This document shows positions 38,678 to 48,611 of a stretch of DNA of 64,000 bases, one piece after another. The notes below the pieces were generated by a model that had not been told where the DNA came from, ran no database searches, and was given only the letters and a program-made list of their open reading frames with translations. The translations under genes were made by a program, and so were the position numbers. The stretch spans positions 1,504,001-1,568,000 of the forward strand of contig OZ242010.1 in the NCBI GenBank assembly GCA_965204745.1, read 5' to 3'. Origin of the DNA: Candidatus Latescibacterota bacterium. GTDB taxonomy: Bacteria > Latescibacterota > UBA2968. Within the stretch, counting starts at the first letter, position 1. The number at the start of each line of letters is the position of its first letter.

Positions 38678-38983
38678 TTGACTTGCACAGTTGGAGACCA
38701 AGGCGAGATCGTCATCGAAAAGGAACTGCGCGACCAACTGGGCATAAGACCCGGTTGGATCGCATTGCAACGCTTGGTGGATAACCGCATAGAAATTCAA
38801 TTCACCCCGCCCGCGCACGACAAATCCCTGAAGGGTAGCCTTGCCGAGTACGCAACTGAAGACAACGCATTTGAAGATAAGGATTGGCAGAACATAAAGG
38901 AGAACGCCTGGGCAAAGGCGATTGAAGAAGAAGCCGATCAATCGAAGGCCGTAGCGTTTCAGAATTATTTTGACGGAGGCTAA
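38678..38983 (+). CDS. AbrB/MazE/SpoVT-like DNA-binding protein with no adjacent toxin
   Basis: VGDQGEIVIEKELRDQLGIRPG; AAGGAGG RBS with a TTG start. Confidence 0.75.
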   Translation: MTCTVGDQGEIVIEKELRDQLGIRPGWIALQRLVDNRIEIQFTPPAHDKSLKGSLAEYATEDNAFEDKDWQNIKENAWAKAIEEEADQSKAVAFQNYFDGG

Positions 38984-38984
38984 T

Positions 38985-40067
38985 ATGGCTCGAGCGACTT
39001 ATCGCATTGAGAAATTGCACGGCAAGCCGATAGTGGATGGGTACGACGTGCGGCGGCTCGGCATTGGCGCCGATCCCAATCGGTCGCGGTTTCGGGGCGA
39101 CGCGATGTTTCCCACCCTGGTTCAAATACCCGACTGGGTGCCCGCAACAGATCGGCCGCATCCGAGGGCGCGGTATTACCTCTACTTTGCATCGCACCAC
39201 GGGGCGAGCATCCACATGGCGTGGTCTGACCGCGTGGATTCACCCGAGTGGACCATTTTCAATGCCGGCAGATTGGATGATCCGCGCTTTCCCGGGCGCG
39301 GTGTCTTCGACCTGCGATTGGGGGTTGCCGAGACGATTGACGTGGTAGATGGCGTCGTATTGACCGGGCATGTCTCATCCCCCGAAGTGATCGTGGATAA
39401 CGAAAATCAGCACTTCGTCATGATCGTTCACGGCAAGAGCAACGCGAGCCAGCGATCCTTTGTGGCGACCTCAAAATCCGGCCTGAACTTCAATCGCCCC
39501 GAAGTGGGCGGCGAACCGGGCTATGGCCTGAAGCGGTTGGTCTTTGCAGATCGAAATTACCTCCGCGTATTTCAATACCGAGGCGCGTGGTACGGCTTTG
39601 GGCAGCGCGGCTATTTTTTGCGCCCCGCCGATCTCGCCCATCCCTGGGAATTGCCCCCGGGTTGGCATCCCCACCATCCCCTGTGGGTGTGCGCGGAAAC
39701 ATCGCCCATCGAAAAGGACCTCGTCTCGGCCGGGCTGGCCGGCGATCACCTGCCCAACGGAGGCTTGGGCATGCGGCACGGTTCTGTGCGGGTGCTGGAA
39801 GATGGCGAGACACTGGAAGCGTTTTACAGCCGCAAATGGGAAGTGCCCGAATACATCGTACGGTCGACAGCGGATTTGAGCGCGGGCAACTGGCAGACTT
39901 GGCAGACGAGTTACCCCCCGGAAGACATCCTCCGCGCCGAGGAAGACTGGGAGGGCGAAGTCGTGCATGACTCCTACTTGTTCCAAGTGGATGGCGCGCT
40001 GTACCTGTTTTACTCCTGCCGCGAAGAGGACGCCATCGCCGCAGCAAAGTTGACCACCGACCATTAA
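38985..40067 (+). CDS. Hypothetical protein, possible beta-propeller glycoside hydrolase
   Basis: FPTLVQIPDW...RYYLYFASHHG, HVSSPEV and HDSYLF...LYLFYS. Confidence 0.6.
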   Translation: MARATYRIEKLHGKPIVDGYDVRRLGIGADPNRSRFRGDAMFPTLVQIPDWVPATDRPHPRARYYLYFASHHGASIHMAWSDRVDSPEWTIFNAGRLDDPRFPGRGVFDLRLGVAETIDVVDGVVLTGHVSSPEVIVDNENQHFVMIVHGKSNASQRSFVATSKSGLNFNRPEVGGEPGYGLKRLVFADRNYLRVFQYRGAWYGFGQRGYFLRPADLAHPWELPPGWHPHHPLWVCAETSPIEKDLVSAGLAGDHLPNGGLGMRHGSVRVLEDGETLEAFYSRKWEVPEYIVRSTADLSAGNWQTWQTSYPPEDILRAEEDWEGEVVHDSYLFQVDGALYLFYSCREEDAIAAAKLTTDH

Positions 40068-40084
40068 CCCACCGGAGGAATCCC

Positions 40085-41461
40085 ATGGCCGACCCACGTC
40101 CCAATATTCTCTACATCATGTCCGACGACCACACCGTGAACGCCATCGGGTCTTACAACGGCTGGCTGAATCGAGTCGTGGAGACGCCGAACATCGACCG
40201 CATTGCGCGCGAGGGCATGCGCTTTGACAACTGCATTTGCAACAATGCGCTGTGTTCCCCGAGCCGGGCGAGCATCATCACCGGGCAATACAGCCACAAA
40301 AACGGCGTGCTGCGCTTGAACCAACCGCTGGCAGACGATCACCCCAATTTCGTGCGGCAGTTGCAAGCCTCGGGGTACCAAACCGGCATTGCGGGCAAGT
40401 GGCATTTGGGATCCGATCCCGAGGGCTTTGACGACTGGGAAGTGTTGCCGGGGCAAGGCGCGTATTTCGACCCGTCATTTACGCGCAACAGCGAACCCAC
40501 GCAGTACCGAGGCTATGCCACGGACATCATTACGGACCTGTCCCTGAACTGGTTGAAAGCACGCGATCCCGACAAGCCCTTTTTGATGCTGTGCCACCAC
40601 AAAGCCCCGCATGGCTTGTGGGAATACGCGCCGCGGCATGCCCATCTGTTCGCCGATGGGGAGTTGCCCGAGCCGTCCAATCTTTACGCGCCCTTCAACA
40701 AAGTGTCCACCGCGTTGCAAAATCACCACCGAACCATGCTCTCACAGGCCGAGCGCATGGACGAGGGCGTGCGCGGCAAAGCCTGGCCCACCGGCCGGTT
40801 GGATACGACCGGGATGAGCGGTCATGAGAAAATCCACGCGGCCTACCAGAAGTACGTGAAGGATTATTTGCGCTGCATCGCGGCGATAGACGAAGGCGTG
40901 GGCCGGCTGTTGGATTATTTGGACGCAGAGGGCTTGACCGAAAATACGATTGTGGTCTATACGTCTGATCAGGGCATGTTCTTGGGCGAGCACAGTTATT
41001 TTGACAAGCGGTTGATCTTGGAAGAGTCGCTTCAAATGCCCTACGTCATGCGTTATCCCAAAGCCATAGCGCCGGGTTCGGTGAACGAGGATATCGTGGT
41101 GAATGTCGATTTCGGCCCGACTTACCTCGATTTCGCGGGATTAGACCCCGATGCGCGCATGCAAGGCCGCAGTTTTCGCCCCCTGTGCGAAGGCACAACG
41201 CCGGGCAACTGGCGGCAGTCGGCCTTCTATGCGTATTGGGACGGCCCGACCAAGCACTACGGCGTCCGCACCCAAAAATACACGCTGGCAGTCCACCGCA
41301 CCGGAGAACGGGATTTGTTCGATCTGGAGAAAGACCCGCAAGAAATGACCAGCGTCTATGACGACCCGGCCTACGCCGATGCGCGATCACGAGTCGAAGC
41401 CGACCTCGCCCGCCTCATCGCAGAAATCGACATCACCCCCGAACAACTGCCACGGGAATGA
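40085..41461 (+). CDS. Sulfatase
   Basis: PNILYIMSDDH, CSPSRASIITG, GKWHL and YTSDQG. Confidence 0.93.
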   Translation: MADPRPNILYIMSDDHTVNAIGSYNGWLNRVVETPNIDRIAREGMRFDNCICNNALCSPSRASIITGQYSHKNGVLRLNQPLADDHPNFVRQLQASGYQTGIAGKWHLGSDPEGFDDWEVLPGQGAYFDPSFTRNSEPTQYRGYATDIITDLSLNWLKARDPDKPFLMLCHHKAPHGLWEYAPRHAHLFADGELPEPSNLYAPFNKVSTALQNHHRTMLSQAERMDEGVRGKAWPTGRLDTTGMSGHEKIHAAYQKYVKDYLRCIAAIDEGVGRLLDYLDAEGLTENTIVVYTSDQGMFLGEHSYFDKRLILEESLQMPYVMRYPKAIAPGSVNEDIVVNVDFGPTYLDFAGLDPDARMQGRSFRPLCEGTTPGNWRQSAFYAYWDGPTKHYGVRTQKYTLAVHRTGERDLFDLEKDPQEMTSVYDDPAYADARSRVEADLARLIAEIDITPEQLPRE

Positions 41462-41495
41462 TCCCGCGTTTGTTGTCACAACGAGGAGGCGCGAC

Positions 41496-41942
41496 GTGAA
41501 AAAGCGAGAAACACATGCCAATGGCCCGGTGTCCGATGTGTTGAGATTTATTACGCAGGATGATGTGCAGGTGGAGGAACTGCCGTGGGGGCCGCACGAG
41601 TGGATCAGTCGGGAGGGCTTGACCCAAGCGGAACACCTGTTGCTGGTGCGCGTGACAATGCCGCCGGGCAAAGCGCACAAATTTCATCGCCACCCGCACA
41701 TGGAAGAAATTATTTACGTGATTTCGGGACACGCGGAACAATGGGTACATAAGACCGCGCAATGCCTCGGCCCGGGCGATGCCGCGCATATTCCAATGGA
41801 TGTGGTGCATGGAACGTACAATGCGGGCGACGAAAATCTGGTCTTTCTGGCGATCTTGTCGCCCGCAAAATCCACTGGCCCCACACTGATCGATGTATCA
41901 AACGATGAACCTTGGGTCAATGTGCGTGAGGGCTTTATATGA
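41496..41942 (+). CDS. Cupin domain protein
   Basis: FHRHPHMEEIIYVISG...IPMDVVHGTYN; GAGGAGG RBS with a GTG start. Confidence 0.88.
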   Translation: MKKRETHANGPVSDVLRFITQDDVQVEELPWGPHEWISREGLTQAEHLLLVRVTMPPGKAHKFHRHPHMEEIIYVISGHAEQWVHKTAQCLGPGDAAHIPMDVVHGTYNAGDENLVFLAILSPAKSTGPTLIDVSNDEPWVNVREGFI

Positions 41943-42195
41943 TGGTCTTTTGGGATGGCATTGTTGCAATGGCTTCTGTGAACGACTGCGGAACGTCAAG
42001 GAGATCATTTGCTGTCAGCATATCACATCAGGCCAACAGAAAATCAATTTAGTACAAATCCATTTTGAATGGAGACACAAGAATATGGCGAGGGTATTTT
42101 TTGCCCTTGAAAACCTCAAAATGAGTGCTTATATTCTTCGCGAAAGCAGAGGATTTTGGCTCGTAACACTATTATTTTTTTAAGGCTTAATTTCG

Positions 42196-43080
42196 ATGAA
42201 TGCGTTCGATAAAGATGGGCAAGTGATTATTTGGGGCGATGCGATCAACGCGCTAAAAAAAGAAGTTCCCGATGCGTCTGTCGATTTGATTTTTGCTGAT
42301 CCGCCCTACAATATTGGCAAAAAATTTAATGGGAGAAAAGACGAATGGCAGTCCGATGTGGACTACCTTGAATGGTGCTATAGATGGCTGGATATATGCC
42401 TATCGAAACTAAATGAAACGGGTAGCTTTTATCTGATGGCAGCAACTCAAAATATGCCGTATCTGGATATTTATCTCCGAAATAAAATACATATCCTCTC
42501 TCGCATTATGTGGTACTACGACAGTTCGGGTGTGCAGGCAAAAAAATATTTCGGTTCACTGTATGAGCCGATTATTTTTGCTGTGAAAGACAAACGGCAT
42601 TACACTTTCAATGCGGCTCAAATTCTGGTGGAGGCAAAAACGGGTGCGAAGCGAAAACTAATAGATTACAGAAAATCAGTGCCCGCGCTGTACAACACCA
42701 GAAAAGTTCCCGGCAATGTATGGGAATTTTCCAGAGTTCGCTATCGAATGGATGAATACGAAAATCATCCAACGCAGAAACCAATCGCATTACTTGAACG
42801 CATTGTAAAAGCGAGTTCAAATGCAGGTGACACTGTCCTCGACCCATTTTCAGGCACATTTACAACTTCTTATGTTGCCAAAAAACTGGGGAGAAAATCT
42901 ATCGGCATTGAAATTGATGAAGAGTATGTCAAAATTGGATTGCGACGGCTACAAATCGCCACCCACTATAAGGGCGAAAAATTAGAGCGCACGCCCCGAA
43001 CTTACGAGATGAGAAACGCCAAAAAACAACTGACATTTTTAGAGAACCCCCATGGAACACGCCTTTACACCACGGATTAA
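42196..43080 (+). CDS. N6-adenine DNA methyltransferase, beta class (YhdJ-like)
   Basis: FADPPYNIGK, HPTQKP and LDPFSGTFTT; low GC. Confidence 0.93.
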   Translation: MNAFDKDGQVIIWGDAINALKKEVPDASVDLIFADPPYNIGKKFNGRKDEWQSDVDYLEWCYRWLDICLSKLNETGSFYLMAATQNMPYLDIYLRNKIHILSRIMWYYDSSGVQAKKYFGSLYEPIIFAVKDKRHYTFNAAQILVEAKTGAKRKLIDYRKSVPALYNTRKVPGNVWEFSRVRYRMDEYENHPTQKPIALLERIVKASSNAGDTVLDPFSGTFTTSYVAKKLGRKSIGIEIDEEYVKIGLRRLQIATHYKGEKLERTPRTYEMRNAKKQLTFLENPHGTRLYTTD

Positions 43081-44152
43081 AGCCATCTGAAAAGAGAAAT
43101 TTGGTGCTTTATCCGAAGCCATCTACGCGAAGAGTCCGTTGCTTCAGTATTTGAATCTCAAAACGGTCTCGGCTACTCGGGGGTCTAAAGCGAGAGGAAA
43201 TTTTGGCAATATCTATGCTGTATATGTTCTCGTTGAGGACTATGTTAAAGGGAATTTTCACGATCAGGGTGACTACGCCAATTATACCGGCGCACAATTT
43301 TCAGTGCTATTGAAGCGACAGCGTTCGCTTCCATTTGGCAGTAAGCTACAAAATCACGCGCTCAACCACAGGATGAATCAAGAATACAGAAAGCTCTTTC
43401 CCCAGTCCGATTTTACACCCATAATGCGCGATGTTGATACAAATCGGTATTGGATAAACGAGAATCTTTTAGAGATCGAAATAAGCGATAAAAAATTCAA
43501 TATTGCAGAGGCTGTCCTTGAAATTGTGAAGCAGTACATCAGAGCCAAACAAAGTGCTTTCGACGATTTCATCGAAACCTGCGAAAATTTGAAGCGCGTC
43601 AATAAAGAGAATGAATGGGAAACAAGAGACTTTATCTCGAGCTTGCTTGAACCAAATGTCGATGCAAGAATTTTTGAGATTGTGAGTTTTTCCATATTGA
43701 AATATTTCTACCGCGAGCAGATCGTTTTTTGGGGATTTGATATGGATACTATTGGAGGGGAAAATCTGAAACTTTACAAAACCGGACGCACCAATGCCAA
43801 TGATGGCGGTATTGACTTTGTAATGCGTCCTTTGGGACGATTTTTTTAGGTCACCGAAACTTTAGATGTGAGAAAGTACTTCCTTGATATTGACAAAATT
43901 GAACATTATCCAATTTCTTTTGTCATAAAATCCGAAGAGTCTGTTGAGAGCTTGACCCAAAAATTAGAAAACGGTGCAAGACGCCAATTTCCCGTCGAAA
44001 CAATCGTAAAAAGATATATGGACTGCATTGAAGAAGTAATCAATATCCCTGCTCTGAAAGAACGATTTGATGAAGCGGCACAAGAAAATCACACCAATAA
44101 TATTTTGGACGAAATTGTGAAGCAGAGCAAAGTTGAATTTAATTACGAATAA
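43052..44152 (+). pseudogene. Type II restriction endonuclease with two in-frame nonsense codons
   Basis: A single frame from ATG 43052 (MEHAFTPRIKAI*KEKFG...) with TGA at 43088-43090 and TAG at 43847-43849 (TNANDGGIDFVMRPLGRFF*VTETLD); overlaps the MTase 3' end. Confidence 0.85.
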
Positions 44153-44253
44153 ACCAAGCATGAGATTGCGTACTTTCTGAGATATTTGAAAATTTGGATT
44201 GAGCCATAACTGTAAGATGTTATGGCTTTTTTCAATCGTTAGGAGAAAGGAGT

Positions 44254-44401
44254 ATGTGATGACGCAACAAAAGACAAAGCCGCGTTTCGGGAAAAGGGGT
44301 ACGCGATCAAACACAACGCGGTCAGGGCCAAACAAATAGAAGCCGTGTGCAACGTGATTTGGGATCGCCTCGACGCAGATCGCAATGACCCCAAAACATG
44401 A
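44254..44401 (+). pseudogene. 5' fragment resembling a phytanoyl-CoA dioxygenase-family gene
   Basis: AAAGGAG RBS, then a shifted frame reading DKAAFREKGYAIKHNAV...WDRLDADRNDPKT*. Confidence 0.5.
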
Positions 44402-44481
44402 ATCTAAGGCGGCAAAGAAGGGTCTCAAGGGATGGATGGACACGCGGCTTTTGACGCGCTGATCTACGAATGGAGGACACC

Positions 44482-45810
44482 ATGAACCAACCACTCAAAA
44501 TTTTCATGACCTATGCCCATGCAGATGCAGCGGCGAAGGACAAATTGAAAAGATGCCTCGCTGGGATGGCGAGACGAGGCGAGATCGCGTTTTGGCGCGA
44601 AAACGAAATGCTTCCGACCAACACTTGGCGGGAAGCCATTGCCAATCATCTCGCGGACGCGGACATCTTGCTCTATCTCGTCTCCCTCAACAGCCTTGGC
44701 GCCGCGCACTGCAACGGGGAATTGTCCGAAGCCCTGAACGCGGACAGCGGCCTGAGCATCCTCCCCATCCTCCTCGAGGCGTGCGATTGGCAACGGTATC
44801 AACTCAACCTCATGCAAGTTCTTCCTGACAGAGGCAGGCCGATTGACAAATGGCGGCCCGAGAGCAAAGGGTGGCAAAACGTAGAGGCCGGAATCCGAAA
44901 AGTCGTAAAAAAACGGGTTGCAGATCGAAAAAAATCCACCTCCGCCCCAAGAGTGTCAGATGATCAGATGGCGAGTTTTGGGCTGCAACTGGGCAACTTC
45001 AAGCTCCTCTTGGAACAAGAGGAAGCCGCCATAGAAGCCTATTCGCATGCCATCGCGCTCAAGCCCAACTTCGCCGAAGCCTACAACAACCGCGGCACGA
45101 TTCTCAACGAAATGGGCAAAGTTGACCTTGCCATACGAGATTTCAACAAGGCCATCGCATTGAGGCCCAATCTCGCCGAAGCCCATTACAATCGCGGCAC
45201 GGCGCATGGCTTCAAAAGCGACCACGACCGCGCGATGCAAGACTACGGTGAGGCCATCAAACTGAAGCCCAATATCATCGAAGCCTATTACAATCTCGGC
45301 GTGGCGCATGCCTTCAAAAACGACCTCAACCGTGCGATACAATACTACAACAAGGCCATCAAACTGAAGTCGGATTTTGTCATCGCCTATAACAATCGCG
45401 GCATTGCGTATCTCGGCAAACGCAAATACGACCTTGCGATCCGAGACTTCAACAAAGCCATAGCCCTCAACCCAATGGATGCCAGTCCATACGTCAATCG
45501 CGGCAGCGCGTACTACGACAAAGGCGACTACGACCGGGCCATCCAAGACCTCGACAAAGCGATGGTCCTCGAACAGAATCCCGCCGATGTCTATCGCAAC
45601 CGCGGCATCGCATATTACGCGCGCGGCATCGCACGGCTAAAGCAGAGCGAATGGGACAAGGCCAAAGAGGACCTGACCGTCGCCAAGGACATGCGCTTCA
45701 ACATTGCCGCAACATTTCGCCGCGAGCAAGGAGGCATCGCGGGCTTCGAGCGAAAATACGACCTTGTCTTGCCAAACGACATCGCAGCCATGTTGTGGTC
45801 TGGGTTTTAA
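44482..45810 (+). CDS. TIR domain + TPR array + conserved C-terminal module
   Basis: KIFMTYAHAD...LADADILLYLVS...HCNGEL (TIR-like, candidate catalytic Glu retained); about 6-7 AYxNRG TPRs; GGAGG RBS. Confidence 0.88.
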   Translation: MNQPLKIFMTYAHADAAAKDKLKRCLAGMARRGEIAFWRENEMLPTNTWREAIANHLADADILLYLVSLNSLGAAHCNGELSEALNADSGLSILPILLEACDWQRYQLNLMQVLPDRGRPIDKWRPESKGWQNVEAGIRKVVKKRVADRKKSTSAPRVSDDQMASFGLQLGNFKLLLEQEEAAIEAYSHAIALKPNFAEAYNNRGTILNEMGKVDLAIRDFNKAIALRPNLAEAHYNRGTAHGFKSDHDRAMQDYGEAIKLKPNIIEAYYNLGVAHAFKNDLNRAIQYYNKAIKLKSDFVIAYNNRGIAYLGKRKYDLAIRDFNKAIALNPMDASPYVNRGSAYYDKGDYDRAIQDLDKAMVLEQNPADVYRNRGIAYYARGIARLKQSEWDKAKEDLTVAKDMRFNIAATFRREQGGIAGFERKYDLVLPNDIAAMLWSGF

Positions 45811-46062
45811 TCCGCGCAATCCCCAAATCCGCGTAATCCGCGATTCTGACAAGGGGCGGTGGATGTAGCAAATACAGACGCCACAAATAGAGCAGAGGAA
45901 GGGTGCGAGTAACTGTCTGAATCGCGGATTAAACGGATTAAGCAGATGAACGCGGGATTGGGTTGGCAGGTGGGGCGAAGAAAGTGAAAATGTAGAGGGC
46001 GCGAGTCGTGCAGAGAAAGTGGATGAAAGCAATTTTAGGGGCGTGGTCCCCGTGCCCGCCCA
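45807..46062. repeat. Family C arms (back to back) plus a GTAG-type REP-like hairpin
   Basis: AATCCGCGTAATCCGCGATTCTGACA ends at 45851; TGTCTGAATCGCGGATT starts at 45914; TAGGGGCGTGGTCCCCGTGCCCGCCC at ~46036. Confidence 0.8.
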
Positions 46063-46093
46063 AGGATAATGACACGACAGGGAGTTCTGTAGC

Positions 46094-46378
46094 ATGGATA
46101 TTGGATTTATATGGGACGAAGACAAATATCGAGAAGTCCAAGGAAAGCATAATGTCAAGTTTTACGAGGTGGTTTCCGCATTTGATGATCAGGGCGGATA
46201 CGAAATCTCGGATCCAGCAGGCCATGAGGATCGGTGGATGTTGGTAGGCGCAACCGCCAATGGCCGGGTATTGGCTGTGATCTATTCCGAAGCAGATTTA
46301 CCACTCTATCGTCTTATCACCGCATTTGATGCAGGAGGGAGATTTCTCAATGAGTACTACAACAGAAGTGGAATTTGA
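46094..46378 (+). CDS. BrnT-family toxin
   Basis: FIWDEDK...KHNVKFYE...EDRWMLVG...LAVIYSE...RLITA. Confidence 0.85.
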   Translation: MDIGFIWDEDKYREVQGKHNVKFYEVVSAFDDQGGYEISDPAGHEDRWMLVGATANGRVLAVIYSEADLPLYRLITAFDAGGRFLNEYYNRSGI

Positions 46379-48611
46379 TTACCAAACCTATATGAAGGAA
46401 AATACCCCCGAAATTTATCGTGGGCCAGAGGCACGCCAAAAACGGCGGGAGGCCGCAGAAGCAAGGAAATTGCCTTTGCGGAGGAAAAACAGGGGCGAAA
46501 TTACCATAGCTACTGTTGCCGAGTTTCACGAACAATTGGGAAATCTCGGAACAGAGGACGAGACGAACTTCTTATATCGAGGCCAAGCCGATGTCAAGTG
46601 GTCGGTTGACTGTTCGGCGGCCCGACGCTTGACCAACTACTCTGCTAATCCGATTGATGACCAACTGATAAACTCTCTCCTCGTAGGCTATCTGGAGTTT
46701 CTTATCGCTAAGGCCAGAATGCGCGGTTTTATTTCACCCGGCCTTAGCGAAAATTCCGCTGACTTGGAGTTTTTGGCCCAATTACAACATCAAGGGGCCG
46801 CAACCGGGCTTATCGACTTTACCCGCCAGCCATTGGTTGCTCTATGGTTTGCCTGCAACGCGACCCGTAAAGCGGATGGTGCTGTCTATGTCCTTTCTCG
46901 TTCTGCAACACGGGCGGTAAGCAAACGCGACCTTGAGGATAAGACGATACAAGATTTCTATGAACAAAATAAATTGTGGTTGTGGCAACCTTCGGCAATC
47001 GGCAATCGCATTGTGGCACAAGGCTCCATTTTTGTCTTTGGTGTTCCGCGTATTTATCCAACTAAAATGAAACAACTGATCGTTCAGGCGGACAAAAAAG
47101 ATAACATTCTTAAAGAATTGGAGACCCTGTATGGCATCAACGAGGAAGAATTATTTGCCGATTTCTCGGGGTATGCTATCGCCAACGCATCTAGCAGAAT
47201 CTTTGATGTCAACCGCACTATTGACTACTGGCATGAACAAATTGAATTGGCATCGGATTCGAACGATAAAAAAAAAAAAGTGATGGCTCATTTTAATTGT
47301 GGGGTAGCTTATAGCGCGATTAAAGCCTTCAAGAAAGCTATTGAACAATACGGCAAAGCGATAGAACTCAACCCGAATTTTGCCATAGCCTATTACAACC
47401 GTGGCATTGCTTACGTCAACAAAGACAACTTTAAACAGGCGATACAAGACTTCGATAAGGCCATAGACCTGAAGCCATATTTTGCTGAAGCCTATAACAA
47501 CCGTGGCGTTGCTTACGGCAACAAAGGTGACTTTGACCAAGCGACACAAGACTACAGCAAGGCCATAGACCTGAAGCCAGATTATGCCGATGCCTATTAC
47601 AACCGTGGCGTTGCTTACGGCAACAAAGGTGACTTTGACCAAGCGACACAAGACTACAGCAAGGCCATAGACCTGAAGCCAGATTATGCCGATGCCTATT
47701 ACAACCGTGGCATTACTTACGGCAAAAAAGGCAACTTAAACCAGGCGATACAAGACTTCGATAAGGCCATAGACCTGAAGCCAGATTATGCCAAAGCCTA
47801 TCACAACCGGGGCGTTGCTTACGGCAACAAAGGTGACTTTGACCAAGCGACACAAGACTACAGCAAGGCCATAGACCTGAAGCCAGATTATGCCAAAGCC
47901 TATCACAACCGGGGCGTTGCTTACAGCGACAAAGGCGATTTTGACCAAGCGATACAAGACTACAATAAGGCTATAGACCTGAAGCCAGATTTTGCTGAAG
48001 TCTATAACAGCCGCGGCATTGCTTACAGCGACAAAGACGATTTTGACCAAGCGATACAAGATTACAACAAAGCCGTAGAACTCAATCCGAATAATGCTGA
48101 AGCCTATTACAATCGCGGCAATGCTTACAGCAACAAAGGTGACTTTGACCAAGCGATACAAGACTACAATAAGGCTATAGACCTGAAGCCAGATTTTGCC
48201 GATGCCTATCACAACCGCGGCATTGCTTACAGCGACAAAGACGATTTTGACCAAGCGATACAAGACTACAATGAGGCCATAAAACTGAACCCAAATTATG
48301 CTGAAGCCTATAACAATCGCGGCGTTGCTTACAGGATCAAAGGCAACTTTGAACAGGCGATACAAGACTTTAATGAAGCCATAAAACTGAAGCTGGATTC
48401 TGCCAAAGCCTATTTCAATCGGGGCTACACTTGGTTACATTTGGGCGAATGGGAAAAGGCCAAAACAGACTTGACCACCGTCAAGAACATGGGTGTGGAC
48501 ATCGTCGCCATGTTTCGTCTCCAATACGGAAGCGTTGCGGACTTTGAGCGGGAATACGGCCTTGAGTTGCCGGAAGACATCGCGGCCATGTTGACGCGGG
48601 AAAGTGTCTGA
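46350..48611 (+). CDS. Antitoxin-like leader + FRG domain + 12 TPRs + conserved C-terminal module
   Basis: LYRGQAD, QHQGAATGLIDFT..PLVALWFAC, NRIVAQGSIF and GINEEELFAD (FRG motifs); near-identical 102-bp TPR units; start overlaps brnT by 29 nt. Confidence 0.88.
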   Translation: MSTTTEVEFDYQTYMKENTPEIYRGPEARQKRREAAEARKLPLRRKNRGEITIATVAEFHEQLGNLGTEDETNFLYRGQADVKWSVDCSAARRLTNYSANPIDDQLINSLLVGYLEFLIAKARMRGFISPGLSENSADLEFLAQLQHQGAATGLIDFTRQPLVALWFACNATRKADGAVYVLSRSATRAVSKRDLEDKTIQDFYEQNKLWLWQPSAIGNRIVAQGSIFVFGVPRIYPTKMKQLIVQADKKDNILKELETLYGINEEELFADFSGYAIANASSRIFDVNRTIDYWHEQIELASDSNDKKKKVMAHFNCGVAYSAIKAFKKAIEQYGKAIELNPNFAIAYYNRGIAYVNKDNFKQAIQDFDKAIDLKPYFAEAYNNRGVAYGNKGDFDQATQDYSKAIDLKPDYADAYYNRGVAYGNKGDFDQATQDYSKAIDLKPDYADAYYNRGITYGKKGNLNQAIQDFDKAIDLKPDYAKAYHNRGVAYGNKGDFDQATQDYSKAIDLKPDYAKAYHNRGVAYSDKGDFDQAIQDYNKAIDLKPDFAEVYNSRGIAYSDKDDFDQAIQDYNKAVELNPNNAEAYYNRGNAYSNKGDFDQAIQDYNKAIDLKPDFADAYHNRGIAYSDKDDFDQAIQDYNEAIKLNPNYAEAYNNRGVAYRIKGNFEQAIQDFNEAIKLKLDSAKAYFNRGYTWLHLGEWEKAKTDLTTVKNMGVDIVAMFRLQYGSVADFEREYGLELPEDIAAMLTRESV

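Noticed and set aside
43088-43849. Selenocysteine/pyrrolysine recoding or an alternative genetic code
   Set aside because: TGA and TAG end housekeeping genes here, and both stops are explained by single substitutions.
47380-48440. Possible CRISPR or DGR template/variable repeats
   Set aside because: These are in-frame 102-bp TPR coding units with no unique spacers, and no reverse transcriptase is in the window.
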